DNA of 61,345 bases, the filler included. It is 3 parts of 3 records of this genome, joined end to end, with 100 filler letters (N's around TTAATTAATTAA, not from the genome) between each part and the next. Parts side by side here need not be neighbours in the genome. Positions count along the whole stretch, not along the records: positions 26,178 to 51,588 come from SRR20825010_410; 2 more parts are not named here. One strand, written 5' to 3'. The position numbers were made by a program, and so were the translations under genes. Shown one piece after another: positions 37,652 to 47,231 of the stretch; position 1 is the first letter of the stretch, and every line of letters begins with the position of its first letter. Under the pieces are notes generated by a model. It had not been told where the DNA came from and did not search any database. It worked only from the letters and a program-made list of their open reading frames with translations.

Positions 37652-38926
37652 ATGCGGATTCTGGTGCTGACGGTGGGGACGCGAGGCGACGTGCAGCCGT
37701 ACGTTGCGTTGGCCGTTGGACTGAAGAAGGCGGGGCACGAAGTGCAAATTTGCACGTGCCAGATCTTCGAAGAGTTCATTCGGTCACATGGGATCGACTA
37801 CGCTCCGTTGAACAATGACATTCGCGATTTCATGGAATCGGAAGATGGTCGAGTGGCGATGGAAACAACCACCAATCTGTTTCAGGCCGTTCGGGTGGGT
37901 GTGCGACTGATGCCAAAACTGACAGGCATGATGCATCGTCAAGTCAGTGAAATGTGGGCGGCTGCGGATGCGTTTCAGCCGGATCTGATTCTGTTCCATA
38001 AGAAGGCCATCGGCGCCGAAGACTTTGCCGAACGGCTTGGTTGTCGCTGTGCCCTCGCGTTCTACCTGCCGCTGTATGTACCCACGGGGGAGTCGCCTGC
38101 GTTTGGGTTTCCAAGGTTGCCGCTCGGCCGTTGGTACAATCTTGCGACTTATCGCGTCATCGAGTTCATCACGCGGCGCAGTGGTGGTCGCTTCGTGGGC
38201 AAGTGGCGGCGATCCCAACGAATGTCAAAGAAGCGTCCACCGTACTTTCGTCACGCCGATAGCAGTCCCGTCGCCGCGTTGCATGCCTACAGCCCTTCGG
38301 TGATTCCAAAACCTAGCGATTGGCCCGATCATGCGACGGTGACCGGGTATTGGTTCTTGGATGGGGCGACCGAGTTCACCCCTGATCCAAGGCTGGTGGA
38401 TTTTTTGCAGCAAGGACCACCACCCCTCTACGTTGGATTCGGCAGCATCTTTGGGCGCGATCCACGAGCGACCGCCGAACGTGTCATCGAAGCGGTTCGC
38501 TTGTCTGGGCAACGAGCCATCTTGGCTCCGGGCTGGGGAGGAATGGACCTGGGGGAATTCGATTTGCCCAAGACAATGCTTTCCATCGATGCCGTCCCAC
38601 ACGATTGGTTGTTCCCGCAAGTCTCCGCCGTGGTCCACCATGGCGGCTGTGGAACCACGGCGGCTGGCCTTCGCGCTGGTCGACGCACGATCATTTGTCC
38701 CTTCTTTGGCGATCAACCATTTTGGGGTCGAGTGGTTCATGAACTGGGCGTGGGGCCGAAACCGATCCCACAAAGAAGACTCACGCCCGAACGGCTCGCC
38801 AAAGCCATTTCTGAAACGATCGATGACTGTGAAATGGAGTCGAGAGCAGAACAACTCGGCAAGCAGATTCGATCGGAATCGGGCGTGCAAAACGCGGTGC
38901 GATTCATTGACGGACTGAATGTTTGA
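37652..38926 (+). CDS. GT-B glycosyltransferase (GT1, sterol glucosyltransferase-like)
   Basis: GTRGDVQPY, YVGFGS, HHGGCGTTAAGLRAG, PFFGDQPFWG. Confidence 0.93.
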   Translation: MRILVLTVGTRGDVQPYVALAVGLKKAGHEVQICTCQIFEEFIRSHGIDYAPLNNDIRDFMESEDGRVAMETTTNLFQAVRVGVRLMPKLTGMMHRQVSEMWAAADAFQPDLILFHKKAIGAEDFAERLGCRCALAFYLPLYVPTGESPAFGFPRLPLGRWYNLATYRVIEFITRRSGGRFVGKWRRSQRMSKKRPPYFRHADSSPVAALHAYSPSVIPKPSDWPDHATVTGYWFLDGATEFTPDPRLVDFLQQGPPPLYVGFGSIFGRDPRATAERVIEAVRLSGQRAILAPGWGGMDLGEFDLPKTMLSIDAVPHDWLFPQVSAVVHHGGCGTTAAGLRAGRRTIICPFFGDQPFWGRVVHELGVGPKPIPQRRLTPERLAKAISETIDDCEMESRAEQLGKQIRSESGVQNAVRFIDGLNV

Positions 38927-39073
38927 TCAGATCGAACGCTGGTATGACATGCATCGCTCGACCGCTCCAACGCCTCAGAAACAGTCGTCGGTTTCGGTTA
39001 TCGTAAGAGGTTTCGCTTTGCTCAAAGCCTTCGCGACTGTTCACTTGCTTCTTACGTCACTGCATCCCCATCG

Positions 39074-40852
39074 ATGATCCGAACCATTTTGTTGAGTCTG
39101 TTTGTCTCGTTTCCCGTCCTGACAATCGCGAGCGAACCAGTTCGGTGGTCGGCGGATTCGACGCAAGCGAGTGTCGTTGCAACGCACGGCAAAGCGGCGA
39201 TGTGTGCTGGGATTGAGGGCGAGAGTTGGTTGCTCGACGGGCAGACCGTGCTGGAACCACATGGGGCACGCGACGTTTTGGAATCGGGGGAGTATTCGCT
39301 CGTTGTTTGGGTGAATCCGTATCGTTTGAATTCTGACCAAAAAATCGTCGCGGCCAAGAATCGCTATTCGTTGAATGAACGCGAGTGGTCGCTGATGCTG
39401 GATCGCAATCACCAGTTCAGCCTCTATGTGTATCGAGGTGGATGGCGAACGATTTCTGGGCCTGAGCCTGAACTCGGTCACTGGTATCAACTCGGCGTGG
39501 TCATGAAGCCCAATTCAGCGGAGTTGTATGTCAACGGCGAACGCGTGGGATCATTGAAGCTGGATCGGCCTGTGCAATCCACCGACGCTCCACTGACTTT
39601 GGGTGGCGTGAACGACGATGGCATGGTTCGGCAAACATGGCACGGTGCGATTGACGAGGTTCAGCTTCATCCTCGAGCGTTCTCCTCTGACGAAATGGCG
39701 GCGTCCTATCGTCCCGTCACTTCGGTGCATGAGATACCGATGCCTCCTCAACCGTTTCATTTGTGGGATGAGAGTTCACCGTTACCCCGGGCCGAAGATC
39801 TGCTCGAAATCGCCAACGTTGACTTTCATGTGATCAAGAAATGGGACAAACCCCGCGACGGATACACGTTCTTGCACGGGGTCGCGCTCGCTCGGCACCA
39901 AGGGAAGTTGTTTGCGTCGATCGGTCACAACAAAGGGGATGAAAACACGGTGACCGAGGAAGCCCAGTTTCGAGTCAGCGCGGACGATGGAAAGACATGG
40001 GGGCCGTTGCAAGTCATCGACGCCGGCGCTGAAGAAAATCTGGCTGTCAGTCATGGAGTCTTTCTGTCGCACGGAGAAACATTGTGGGCATTCCATGGTG
40101 CCTACTACGGTCGAATGGACAACATCCACACACGTGCCTATCGGATGAACGAATCCACGGGAGAGTGGGAGCGAATGGGCGTGGTCATCGAAAGCGGATT
40201 CTGGCCCATGAACCAACCCGTTCGAATGGACGATGGCAATTGGATCATGCCGGGATTTCTCGGGAAACGTTATTCAGGGGACAAGGTGTTCCCCGCGGCA
40301 GTTGCCATCAGCCATGGCGATGATTTCACCCGATGGGATTTGGTTCCGATTCCGGTGGACGCATTCATTCATCGAATGTGGGGTGAATCCAGTTTGTGGG
40401 TGGATGGTTCCACCGTCTTCAACGTCGCTCGCTACGGTGGGGACGCCAAAGCATTGGTTGCGAAAAGCGATGACTATGGTCGGACTTGGTCACCTTCCCA
40501 AATCAGCAATCTGCCGATGGCAACGTCCAAACCCGCGGCCGGTGTACTGAGCAACGGTCAACGGTATCTGGTCTGCACAACCGCCGCCGATAACGGAGGC
40601 AAACGATCACCATTGACCATCGCCGTTTCACGCCCGGGCGAGAATGTTTTCGGGAAAGTGTTCGTCATCCGGCGAGCGATGAACGGGGACGCACCCGGTG
40701 AGTCCGCACAAAGTTTGAGTTTGTCGTATCCGTGTGCGATGGAACACGATGGCAAACTCTATGTTGGATACTCCAACAATGGCGGTCGTCGTGCGAACCA
40801 GAACAGCGCCGAGATGGCAGTGCTGCCGTTGGAGTCACTTCAGATTCCGTGA
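39074..40852 (+). CDS. Secreted LamG-like jellyroll + BNR/Asp-box (sialidase-like) protein
   Basis: Signal peptide; WYQLGVV, LYVNG and GAIDEVQL (LamG); SADDGKTW and SDDYGRTW Asp-boxes. Confidence 0.85.
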   Translation: MIRTILLSLFVSFPVLTIASEPVRWSADSTQASVVATHGKAAMCAGIEGESWLLDGQTVLEPHGARDVLESGEYSLVVWVNPYRLNSDQKIVAAKNRYSLNEREWSLMLDRNHQFSLYVYRGGWRTISGPEPELGHWYQLGVVMKPNSAELYVNGERVGSLKLDRPVQSTDAPLTLGGVNDDGMVRQTWHGAIDEVQLHPRAFSSDEMAASYRPVTSVHEIPMPPQPFHLWDESSPLPRAEDLLEIANVDFHVIKKWDKPRDGYTFLHGVALARHQGKLFASIGHNKGDENTVTEEAQFRVSADDGKTWGPLQVIDAGAEENLAVSHGVFLSHGETLWAFHGAYYGRMDNIHTRAYRMNESTGEWERMGVVIESGFWPMNQPVRMDDGNWIMPGFLGKRYSGDKVFPAAVAISHGDDFTRWDLVPIPVDAFIHRMWGESSLWVDGSTVFNVARYGGDAKALVAKSDDYGRTWSPSQISNLPMATSKPAAGVLSNGQRYLVCTTAADNGGKRSPLTIAVSRPGENVFGKVFVIRRAMNGDAPGESAQSLSLSYPCAMEHDGKLYVGYSNNGGRRANQNSAEMAVLPLESLQIP

Positions 40853-40876
40853 AGATGCCGGTCGTCCACTGACGGA

Positions 40877-41551
40877 TCACATTGGTTTGGTGGCGACCGA
40901 CTCAACCGTGGGGATCGCGTTCAGAGCGGCGATCAGTTGGCTGGCGTCGGTGTCGTCTTGTGGTTGATAGCGGTAGACGAGTTCGAGTGAACCGCCCCGA
41001 CGAGCGGTTTCCGCTGAAACGATCTCGTAGCTCTTGGTCAGTCGTTGCAGTTCGGATTCCCAACCACCGATCGAATGCAGCCCGACTTTCATGGTCAAAC
41101 TCCATGTCTTGTCAGTCAGCGTGGTGGGCTTCTCGAGCTGGGATGCGGGACGTCCGCCGTTGAACTGGGTTGCCCAAGCCAGTGTGATCAACCCCAGGAA
41201 GGACACCCAGTATTGACCGGCTCCGATCGCCATGCCGACGACCACTGCTGCCAAAACAAACGCCACGTCACGAGTGGACGACACGGCGGCTCGGAAGCGA
41301 ACGATCGATAGTGCGCCCACCAAGCTGAATGCTCGAGCGATGTTGTCGCCGATGATTTGAGTCGCCATCGCGATCAGCACGCTCATCAAAACCAACGTCA
41401 ACGTGAGTTGGTCGGCGGTGTTGGCCGGTGATTTGATGCGAGCGATCAGAGCCACGGCCCAACCACACAACCACGCCAATACGAGTCGCGTGGCCAATGT
41501 CGGCAGGTTGGCATCCACCTCGGTGGAAACTTGATTCAGCCACTCAGGCAT
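40877..41551 (-). CDS. DUF4956 (MgtC/SapB-like) membrane protein
   Basis: IIGDNIARAFSLVGALSIVRFR, GMAIGAG; C-terminal ACT-like domain. Confidence 0.9.
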   Translation of the reverse strand: MPEWLNQVSTEVDANLPTLATRLVLAWLCGWAVALIARIKSPANTADQLTLTLVLMSVLIAMATQIIGDNIARAFSLVGALSIVRFRAAVSSTRDVAFVLAAVVVGMAIGAGQYWVSFLGLITLAWATQFNGGRPASQLEKPTTLTDKTWSLTMKVGLHSIGGWESELQRLTKSYEIVSAETARRGGSLELVYRYQPQDDTDASQLIAALNAIPTVESVATKPM

Positions 41552-42338
41552 AGGACAGGGTCTCCGTGTTCCAATCGCATTCCGGCGACACTTCAATCGC
41601 CGAATCGAACACAGGAACAGGTTGATCCAGGTTCCAGCAGCGAACAGCGGCTCGATACTTGGAGAACCCGGTCACTGGGATCGGAAATTCACGCAGCAGT
41701 TCTTTGAATCGATGCGGCATGATCCGGTGGAACTTCAGTTCCAAGATTTCCAGTTCGGTCGCCTTCACGCGTTGGGTCCGGTCAGAACCAGCCTCCTCGG
41801 ATGCGACTTCCCAACCCGACGCCGGGCTGGCGTGCAGTTGGCTATCGATGGTCAATCGCATGTTCTGGCCCAGTTCCGATCCCATTCGAGCGAAACGTCG
41901 ATAGTGAATTTGTGTGGTTGGTTGAAGCTGTTTTTTGATCGCTTGATCGCGGAACCAATCGCCCAGGGAAGCCTTGGGGGCAGGTGCTGATTCCGAATCA
42001 CGGGAGGCTCGTTCGAGTTCCCACAGCGTGTTCATCACTTCGTCTTCGGATCCGACGCAGCGTGTCTTTTGAACTTCGTTCTTCTTTTTCGATTTGCTCT
42101 CGAGCCAAAGGTTCGATTCGCTGCCATATCGGCGAACACGATACTTTCGGCGACCGATGCTGCCGGTTTGGTGAAACAGATCCAGTTGAGGCGTGTCCAG
42201 GTACAGGCTGTTGACGTCGTACGTGTCCCCCGATTTGCAGTGGGGATCCGCTGCCAAATGTTCACGGGCCCATTGCTTGACTTCCAATGCCAGCGATGAG
42301 TCCAGTTGGTATTTCAGTTCGATTCGTTTGTCGTTCAT
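41544..42338 (-). CDS. VTC (polyphosphate polymerase, CYTH-like) domain protein
   Basis: RIELKY, VNSLYLDTP, RKYRVRRY, WLESK, RLTID, ILELK, FSKY. Confidence 0.9.
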   Translation of the reverse strand: MNDKRIELKYQLDSSLALEVKQWAREHLAADPHCKSGDTYDVNSLYLDTPQLDLFHQTGSIGRRKYRVRRYGSESNLWLESKSKKKNEVQKTRCVGSEDEVMNTLWELERASRDSESAPAPKASLGDWFRDQAIKKQLQPTTQIHYRRFARMGSELGQNMRLTIDSQLHASPASGWEVASEEAGSDRTQRVKATELEILELKFHRIMPHRFKELLREFPIPVTGFSKYRAAVRCWNLDQPVPVFDSAIEVSPECDWNTETLSYA

Positions 42339-42434
42339 GACGTGATTGAATACTGGGAAAAGATTTTTGGTCGCAACGCCTCGCGGTCGCAACGATGGCT
42401 TCCGCGAGGCGTTGATGGCAGGGAACAAGCGGTG

Positions 42435-44366
42435 CTACTTCAGCAAGAATTCGCGACGACCATCGGCGAAGGCCTTCAAGTTCATTGCACCGTGTCCGCG
42501 GCGTGGTTCTTCCGCGTGATCGGACACCTGTGTGTCGCTGGTCATCGCTTGGAAGGATTCAAACGTTCCCAATTTTCGCGTGTCCACTTTCATCAGTGGT
42601 TCGATCAGTTTGGCTTGAGACTGAACGAATGGTCCGAGGGTTTCCCAGTTCAGCGAATGCTCCGCAATGTGACGAACATTGGCGAGGTACGCCTCACGGT
42701 ATTTTGGAACCGCCAACACTTTGCTGCGAAGCGGTTTGGTCGGGTCATCCAATCCGATCAGCGGATCCAATCCAAGTGGAGACGCCGTCGATTCAGGTCC
42801 AGGGCCATTCGCACCGCGAGGGCCGTTTTGATCGGGACCGGCGAATCGACGAGGTCCATCGGAGTCACGTGGGCCGTCGAATCCTCTTGGGCCACCGAAT
42901 TCATCCGGCCCACCAAACCCTCCGGGCCCACCAAATCCTTCGGGGCCACCAAAGCCGCCTGGTCCTCCGCGTCCACGACCGCCTCGTCCGCCAGGCCCTC
43001 CGCGACCACCAGGACCGCCGGGGCCACCCGCTGCGCGGAAGGCTTCGTTCATATCATGTGGGATGAAGTGAAACACGTCGTCTTTGTCCAGCACGATGCT
43101 GTAGTCACTCGCTCGGATCCAGTAGCCGTCCGAGTTGATCAGGGCGTTGTCCAGTGCCAAGAACCAGAGCAAACCATCGACGTTGACAATCGGTTCCAAA
43201 GCGGCAGGCAATTCATCCGTTGGGGTTTGTTCCAGCACACGGCAGAGGTCCACCAATCGTTGGAGATCTTTGTCGTTGCCTGATTTCTGCTCGAAAGGAT
43301 GGCGATAGTTCTCCAAGTCTTCGCCGCGATATTCCAGTCCACCGCCTCCACGAGGTGATCCGCTGACTTTCCAACGTGCGCCCTTGCTGCTGCCGAAGTT
43401 TCTTTTGACAAAGTCTTTGTTGAATTGTTCGACGTTGGTGTACACGCCCCAGTCTTCGCCATTGATGACGACGCGAACGAAGTTGGCTCGTGGTGCGGGG
43501 ATGTGTTGATTCGCGATGTGCGAGTACAGCACGGTGCTCATCATCGAATCGTCGCTGGATCCATTGAGCAGGTTCAGTGTTTTGTAACCGCCGATCCGTT
43601 GATCTTCGTTGGCCATGTCAACCGAAATATTGAAAGACCGTTTGTAACCTCGCGGGACCATTCCATACGACGAGGCACCACGGAAGCTGATGCCGCAATT
43701 GGGATACGATTTGCCATCGATGGTGATGGTGGCGGGGACCTCCACGTCGGTGCTGTGGAAGGTTTCCATTTCCTCTTCCCAGTCGTCATTGCTGAAGTCC
43801 AGGAAAACGGTGCGAACAACTTGAGGGTCGTACAGGTCACCTTTGATAGGAGAGACGGATTCTTTGGTGATGGTTTGTCCGGGAGTGGGCTCGGGACGAT
43901 CGCGATTCATTCCAGGAGGGCCACCACCGCGTCGACCGCGGCCGCGTTCCGCTTCATCACCTGGAGGCGGGCCGCCATCAGCAGGAGGGCCAAATCCAGG
44001 GCCGGGGCCGAAGCCGGGCGGAGGACCAAAATCAGCCCCGCGGCCTTCGCCCCGATCTCGACCTTCGCCTGGCCCACGACCTTCGCCACGACCGCGAAAG
44101 CCACCGGGCCCACCGAAGCCACGCTGCGTCGGGTTGGCGGCAAGAAATTCGCGAGCTTCTTTTCGCTCCGTATCGTTCAGCCAGCCATTGGCGTCGTCAT
44201 CGAACTTCTCGACGAGTTCTTGATCAGCTTGGTCCGGACCCCCGGGGCCACCAGGACCAAATCCGGGCGGTTGGGCTTGGATGTTGGGGGAGCAACCGGG
44301 GCCGACGATCAAGGCGGCTCCCGCCATCAACAAGACCTTGGAACGAACGTGTGGAAAACGGAGCAT
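42435..44366 (-). CDS. CotH kinase family exported protein with an EF-hand and Gly/Pro-rich inserts
   Basis: FRGASS, KRSFNI, LNLLN, APRANFVRVVINGEDWGVYTNVEQ, NSDGY, IPHDMNEAF. Confidence 0.9.
   Translation of the reverse strand: MLRFPHVRSKVLLMAGAALIVGPGCSPNIQAQPPGFGPGGPGGPDQADQELVEKFDDDANGWLNDTERKEAREFLAANPTQRGFGGPGGFRGRGEGRGPGEGRDRGEGRGADFGPPPGFGPGPGFGPPADGGPPPGDEAERGRGRRGGGPPGMNRDRPEPTPGQTITKESVSPIKGDLYDPQVVRTVFLDFSNDDWEEEMETFHSTDVEVPATITIDGKSYPNCGISFRGASSYGMVPRGYKRSFNISVDMANEDQRIGGYKTLNLLNGSSDDSMMSTVLYSHIANQHIPAPRANFVRVVINGEDWGVYTNVEQFNKDFVKRNFGSSKGARWKVSGSPRGGGGLEYRGEDLENYRHPFEQKSGNDKDLQRLVDLCRVLEQTPTDELPAALEPIVNVDGLLWFLALDNALINSDGYWIRASDYSIVLDKDDVFHFIPHDMNEAFRAAGGPGGPGGRGGPGGRGGRGRGGPGGFGGPEGFGGPGGFGGPDEFGGPRGFDGPRDSDGPRRFAGPDQNGPRGANGPGPESTASPLGLDPLIGLDDPTKPLRSKVLAVPKYREAYLANVRHIAEHSLNWETLGPFVQSQAKLIEPLMKVDTRKLGTFESFQAMTSDTQVSDHAEEPRRGHGAMNLKAFADGRREFLLK
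42835..42968 (-). repeat. Degenerate 18-bp in-frame tandem repeat (GGPxxF) inside cotH
   Basis: GGPGGF-GGPEGF-GGPGGF-GGPDEF-GGPRGF-DGPRDS-DGPRRF. Confidence 0.8.
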
Positions 44367-44556
44367 TCAAATACCTGGCAAACAAGACGCGAGAATTTGG
44401 GCGGAAAGCCTTCTACCGGCCAGTTGCGATCTCCACCTGTATCCGCCGCGAAAAATTGAGAATTGTTTCGGAATGGTCGCTGGCACATGGCTTGCTTTGT
44501 GAAGCGATGCATGGAGATCGAACGCTTTTCTTTCCCTCCTTCCTTGAGAAACACAA

Positions 44557-45741
44557 ATGCATTGGGAATCCAACCCTTCCGGACCGACATCCGCTCGCCG
44601 AAAATTCCGCCTCGGTCGCCGGATTTTTGTCACAACCTGTGCGGCTGCGATCATCAGTTTGCCTGCTCACGGTCAGGACGCGGGAACATCGCCGGAAGCG
44701 AAAACGAGCAGCAAAACGGAGCAGCTTCGGCAGGAAATTGTCAGCAAGGGGTTGGCTTTTCTGGCCAAAGAGGGGCAATCCGAGCAGGGAACGTTTTCGG
44801 ACCGAGTCGGACCAGGCGTGACGGCGCTGGCGATCACGTCGGCATTGCGGAACGGTCAAACCATCGACGATCCGATGGTCGCGGAGGGACTCAAAGCACT
44901 CGAAGGCTACGTCAAACCTGATGGTGGCATCTACGGCAACGGTCGGCTGAAAAACTATGAAACCTGCGTCGCGATCGTGTGCTTCGCGGAGGCGAACAAG
45001 ACCGGCCAGTACAATGAAATCTTGAAACGTGCCAAGGCGTTTGTGACCGGAATTCAGTACGGCGAAGGAACCAAGGATCCTTCCGATCCGTGGTACGGCG
45101 GCGTCGGCTATGGCGGTGCCGGGCGACCTGATCTGTCGAACACCGGGTACATGATCGAAGCCTTGCGAGCGGTGGAAACTCCGGCGAGCGACCCTGCGAT
45201 TCAACGGGCGCTCGTGTTCATTTCTCGATGCCAGAACCTCGACAGCGAGTTCAACGACACGCAGTTCGCTGACAAGGTCGATGACGGAGGGTTCTACTAC
45301 GAAATCCCAACGACCAAGATTGATCCCAGCACCTCGGAAGAACGCTTCACTCCCAACGGTGGGCTTCGCAGTTACGGCTCGATGGGATACACGGGGCTGA
45401 AGAGCATGATCTTTGCCGGTTTGACGAAGGAAGACCCTCGTGTCAAAGCCGCTCAACAATGGATTCAGGATCACTACAGCGTTGAAAAGAATCCTGGCAT
45501 GGGCACCGCGGGGCTGTATTACTACTACCACACGTTCGCAGCGGCCCTGGATGCGGCGGGCTTGAAAACGGTTGCCGATTCCGACGGCAAGGAACACGAC
45601 TGGAAAGCCGACTTGGTTGCCGAATTGGCTGAACGTCAAAACGAAGATGGATCGTGGAGTAACGACAACCAGCGTTGGTTTGAGAACGATAAGAATCTCG
45701 CCACCAGTTTCGCGTTGATGGCACTGGGGCACTGCCAATGA
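44557..45741 (+). CDS. Prenyltransferase/squalene-oxidase repeat (alpha/alpha toroid) protein, probably exported
   Basis: KGLAFLAKEGQ, DLSNT, FISRCQN, DGGFYY, YGSMGYTGLKS, YYYYHTFA, QNEDGSW; start uncertain. Confidence 0.82.
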   Translation: MHWESNPSGPTSARRKFRLGRRIFVTTCAAAIISLPAHGQDAGTSPEAKTSSKTEQLRQEIVSKGLAFLAKEGQSEQGTFSDRVGPGVTALAITSALRNGQTIDDPMVAEGLKALEGYVKPDGGIYGNGRLKNYETCVAIVCFAEANKTGQYNEILKRAKAFVTGIQYGEGTKDPSDPWYGGVGYGGAGRPDLSNTGYMIEALRAVETPASDPAIQRALVFISRCQNLDSEFNDTQFADKVDDGGFYYEIPTTKIDPSTSEERFTPNGGLRSYGSMGYTGLKSMIFAGLTKEDPRVKAAQQWIQDHYSVEKNPGMGTAGLYYYYHTFAAALDAAGLKTVADSDGKEHDWKADLVAELAERQNEDGSWSNDNQRWFENDKNLATSFALMALGHCQ

Positions 45742-45805
45742 GCGTCATTTCCTGACGGTTCATTCACAGACAAGCGAGTCATTCACGGATAAACGAGACA
45801 GTTGA

Positions 45806-46513
45806 ATGTCGAGACCATCCAAGTGGTTATGGGGAAGCCAGATCGCAGCATTTTGCATGCTAGTGATTTGGGCCTCCGTGGACCCTTTGTTTGGATCTCT
45901 GGTTCAAAGCGAATCGTTTTCAATTCAATGGATGCAAGCCAATCCTGTTCGCAGTGTGGGGATCGGTTTGATCGCGATCTTGGCGGTGGGAAGTCTGCTT
46001 GGATGGTTGTTTCAGTTCTTTGCCAGATCATCGCCGACGGTTCAGCATCGATCGTTGGCGCAGTTGCTGGCCGTGGTCACGTTGGCGGGGTTTTGGTTTG
46101 CTCTTGCGACCCACGTTGACTCGATTGCATGGCAAGGCAAACGGGCACGGTTTGCCTTGCGTGTGGAGGGGCTGGAACACATCGTTGCACCGCTTCGCGA
46201 AGAGTGGCCGCAGCATGATGGCGAGCTGCCTGCGATTGGCCCCTTCATGGCGTATCCGTTTGGACGCCCAACCACATTGGTTTTGTTGCAAGCTCCCTCG
46301 GTTTCGGAGCAAGCGGTTTACGTCAGTGCGATTGAACTGCAAAACGGCGCAATCAAGCTGCAACTGACCGGAACCGATGGTGGTGATTGGGCGGAATGGC
46401 ATCCACCCCAAAGTCAACCGAGTTCATTTGTGGGTGGATTGTCCGACCCACATGAATTGGAATACGCCACTTCGATCGGCCGTGGTTGGTACTTGGTACG
46501 CTACCAAAGCTGA
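45806..46513 (+). CDS. Hypothetical membrane protein
   Basis: 235-aa ORF with three hydrophobic N-terminal segments. Confidence 0.65.
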   Translation: MSRPSKWLWGSQIAAFCMLVIWASVDPLFGSLVQSESFSIQWMQANPVRSVGIGLIAILAVGSLLGWLFQFFARSSPTVQHRSLAQLLAVVTLAGFWFALATHVDSIAWQGKRARFALRVEGLEHIVAPLREEWPQHDGELPAIGPFMAYPFGRPTTLVLLQAPSVSEQAVYVSAIELQNGAIKLQLTGTDGGDWAEWHPPQSQPSSFVGGLSDPHELEYATSIGRGWYLVRYQS

Positions 46514-46514
46514 G

Positions 46515-47231
46515 TCACAGACTCGGTTGAGCGTTGCCGGCAAACTCTTCGACGAGCGCTTGCCAGGCTGACAACGCCAAGGGATCGGCGTCATCAACTT
46601 CGATTCGCTCGTCGGATGCCTTCGCTCCGCACTGTTGCAACCAAGCGTCGATTTGTCGGCCGAATGCGCAGTACTCGTCGTAACTGCTGTCGCCGAGTGC
46701 CAACACCGCGTAAGTCAGTGATGACAGATCATGTTGGGAAGACATCACGTCCTTCGCAAATTCAAATGCGTGAACGGGCGGTTCCCCATCTCCCGCTGTG
46801 CTCGCCAAAAAGAATGCGTGTGGAATCGTTTGCAATCGTTCCACTGACAATTCATCCAGTGACAGCAGTTCAGCAGCCTTGCCAGCCGCACGAAGCAGTT
46901 CCAAGGTTTGCTGCGCCAGTTCTTCGGCGAATCCTGTTTCACTGGCGTAGACGACCAGTACCGAATCGTTTTTGACAGAAGTCGTGGGACTGTCTGTGGG
47001 CACTTGTTCGGAGACGACCGAGGTGACATTCGCCGTTGAAGCATTTGACACCGCGACCTTTCGAAACGACCAGGCACACAGCAAGCTGTAAGCGACGAGA
47101 GAACCCGCCGCCATCCACCAACGTGAGGCACTCGGTGGTGCGACCCACCAAGTGCCCTCGGTCCACTGTGCCAGGAACCACGCGGCAATCACAAGCACCG
47201 CGAGACAAATGGCGTTGATCTTCAAACTCAT
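46515..47231 (-). CDS. Membrane-anchored flavodoxin (CysJ N-terminal-like) lacking FAD/NAD domains
   Basis: YASETGFAEELA, STAGDGEPP, YAVLALGDSSYDEYCAFG; two N-terminal TM segments. Confidence 0.88.
   Translation of the reverse strand: MSLKINAICLAVLVIAAWFLAQWTEGTWWVAPPSASRWWMAAGSLVAYSLLCAWSFRKVAVSNASTANVTSVVSEQVPTDSPTTSVKNDSVLVVYASETGFAEELAQQTLELLRAAGKAAELLSLDELSVERLQTIPHAFFLASTAGDGEPPVHAFEFAKDVMSSQHDLSSLTYAVLALGDSSYDEYCAFGRQIDAWLQQCGAKASDERIEVDDADPLALSAWQALVEEFAGNAQPSL

Noticed and set aside
42835..42968. Periodic 18-bp sequence as a CRISPR or non-coding array
   Set aside because: It is an in-frame degenerate coding repeat with no spacers and no cas genes; no CRISPR array was seen in the window.
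42306..45738. Long ORFs 42306-43283, 43425-44459 and 44413-45738
   Set aside because: Antisense shadows of cotH and the prenyltransferase-repeat gene with no independent motifs.
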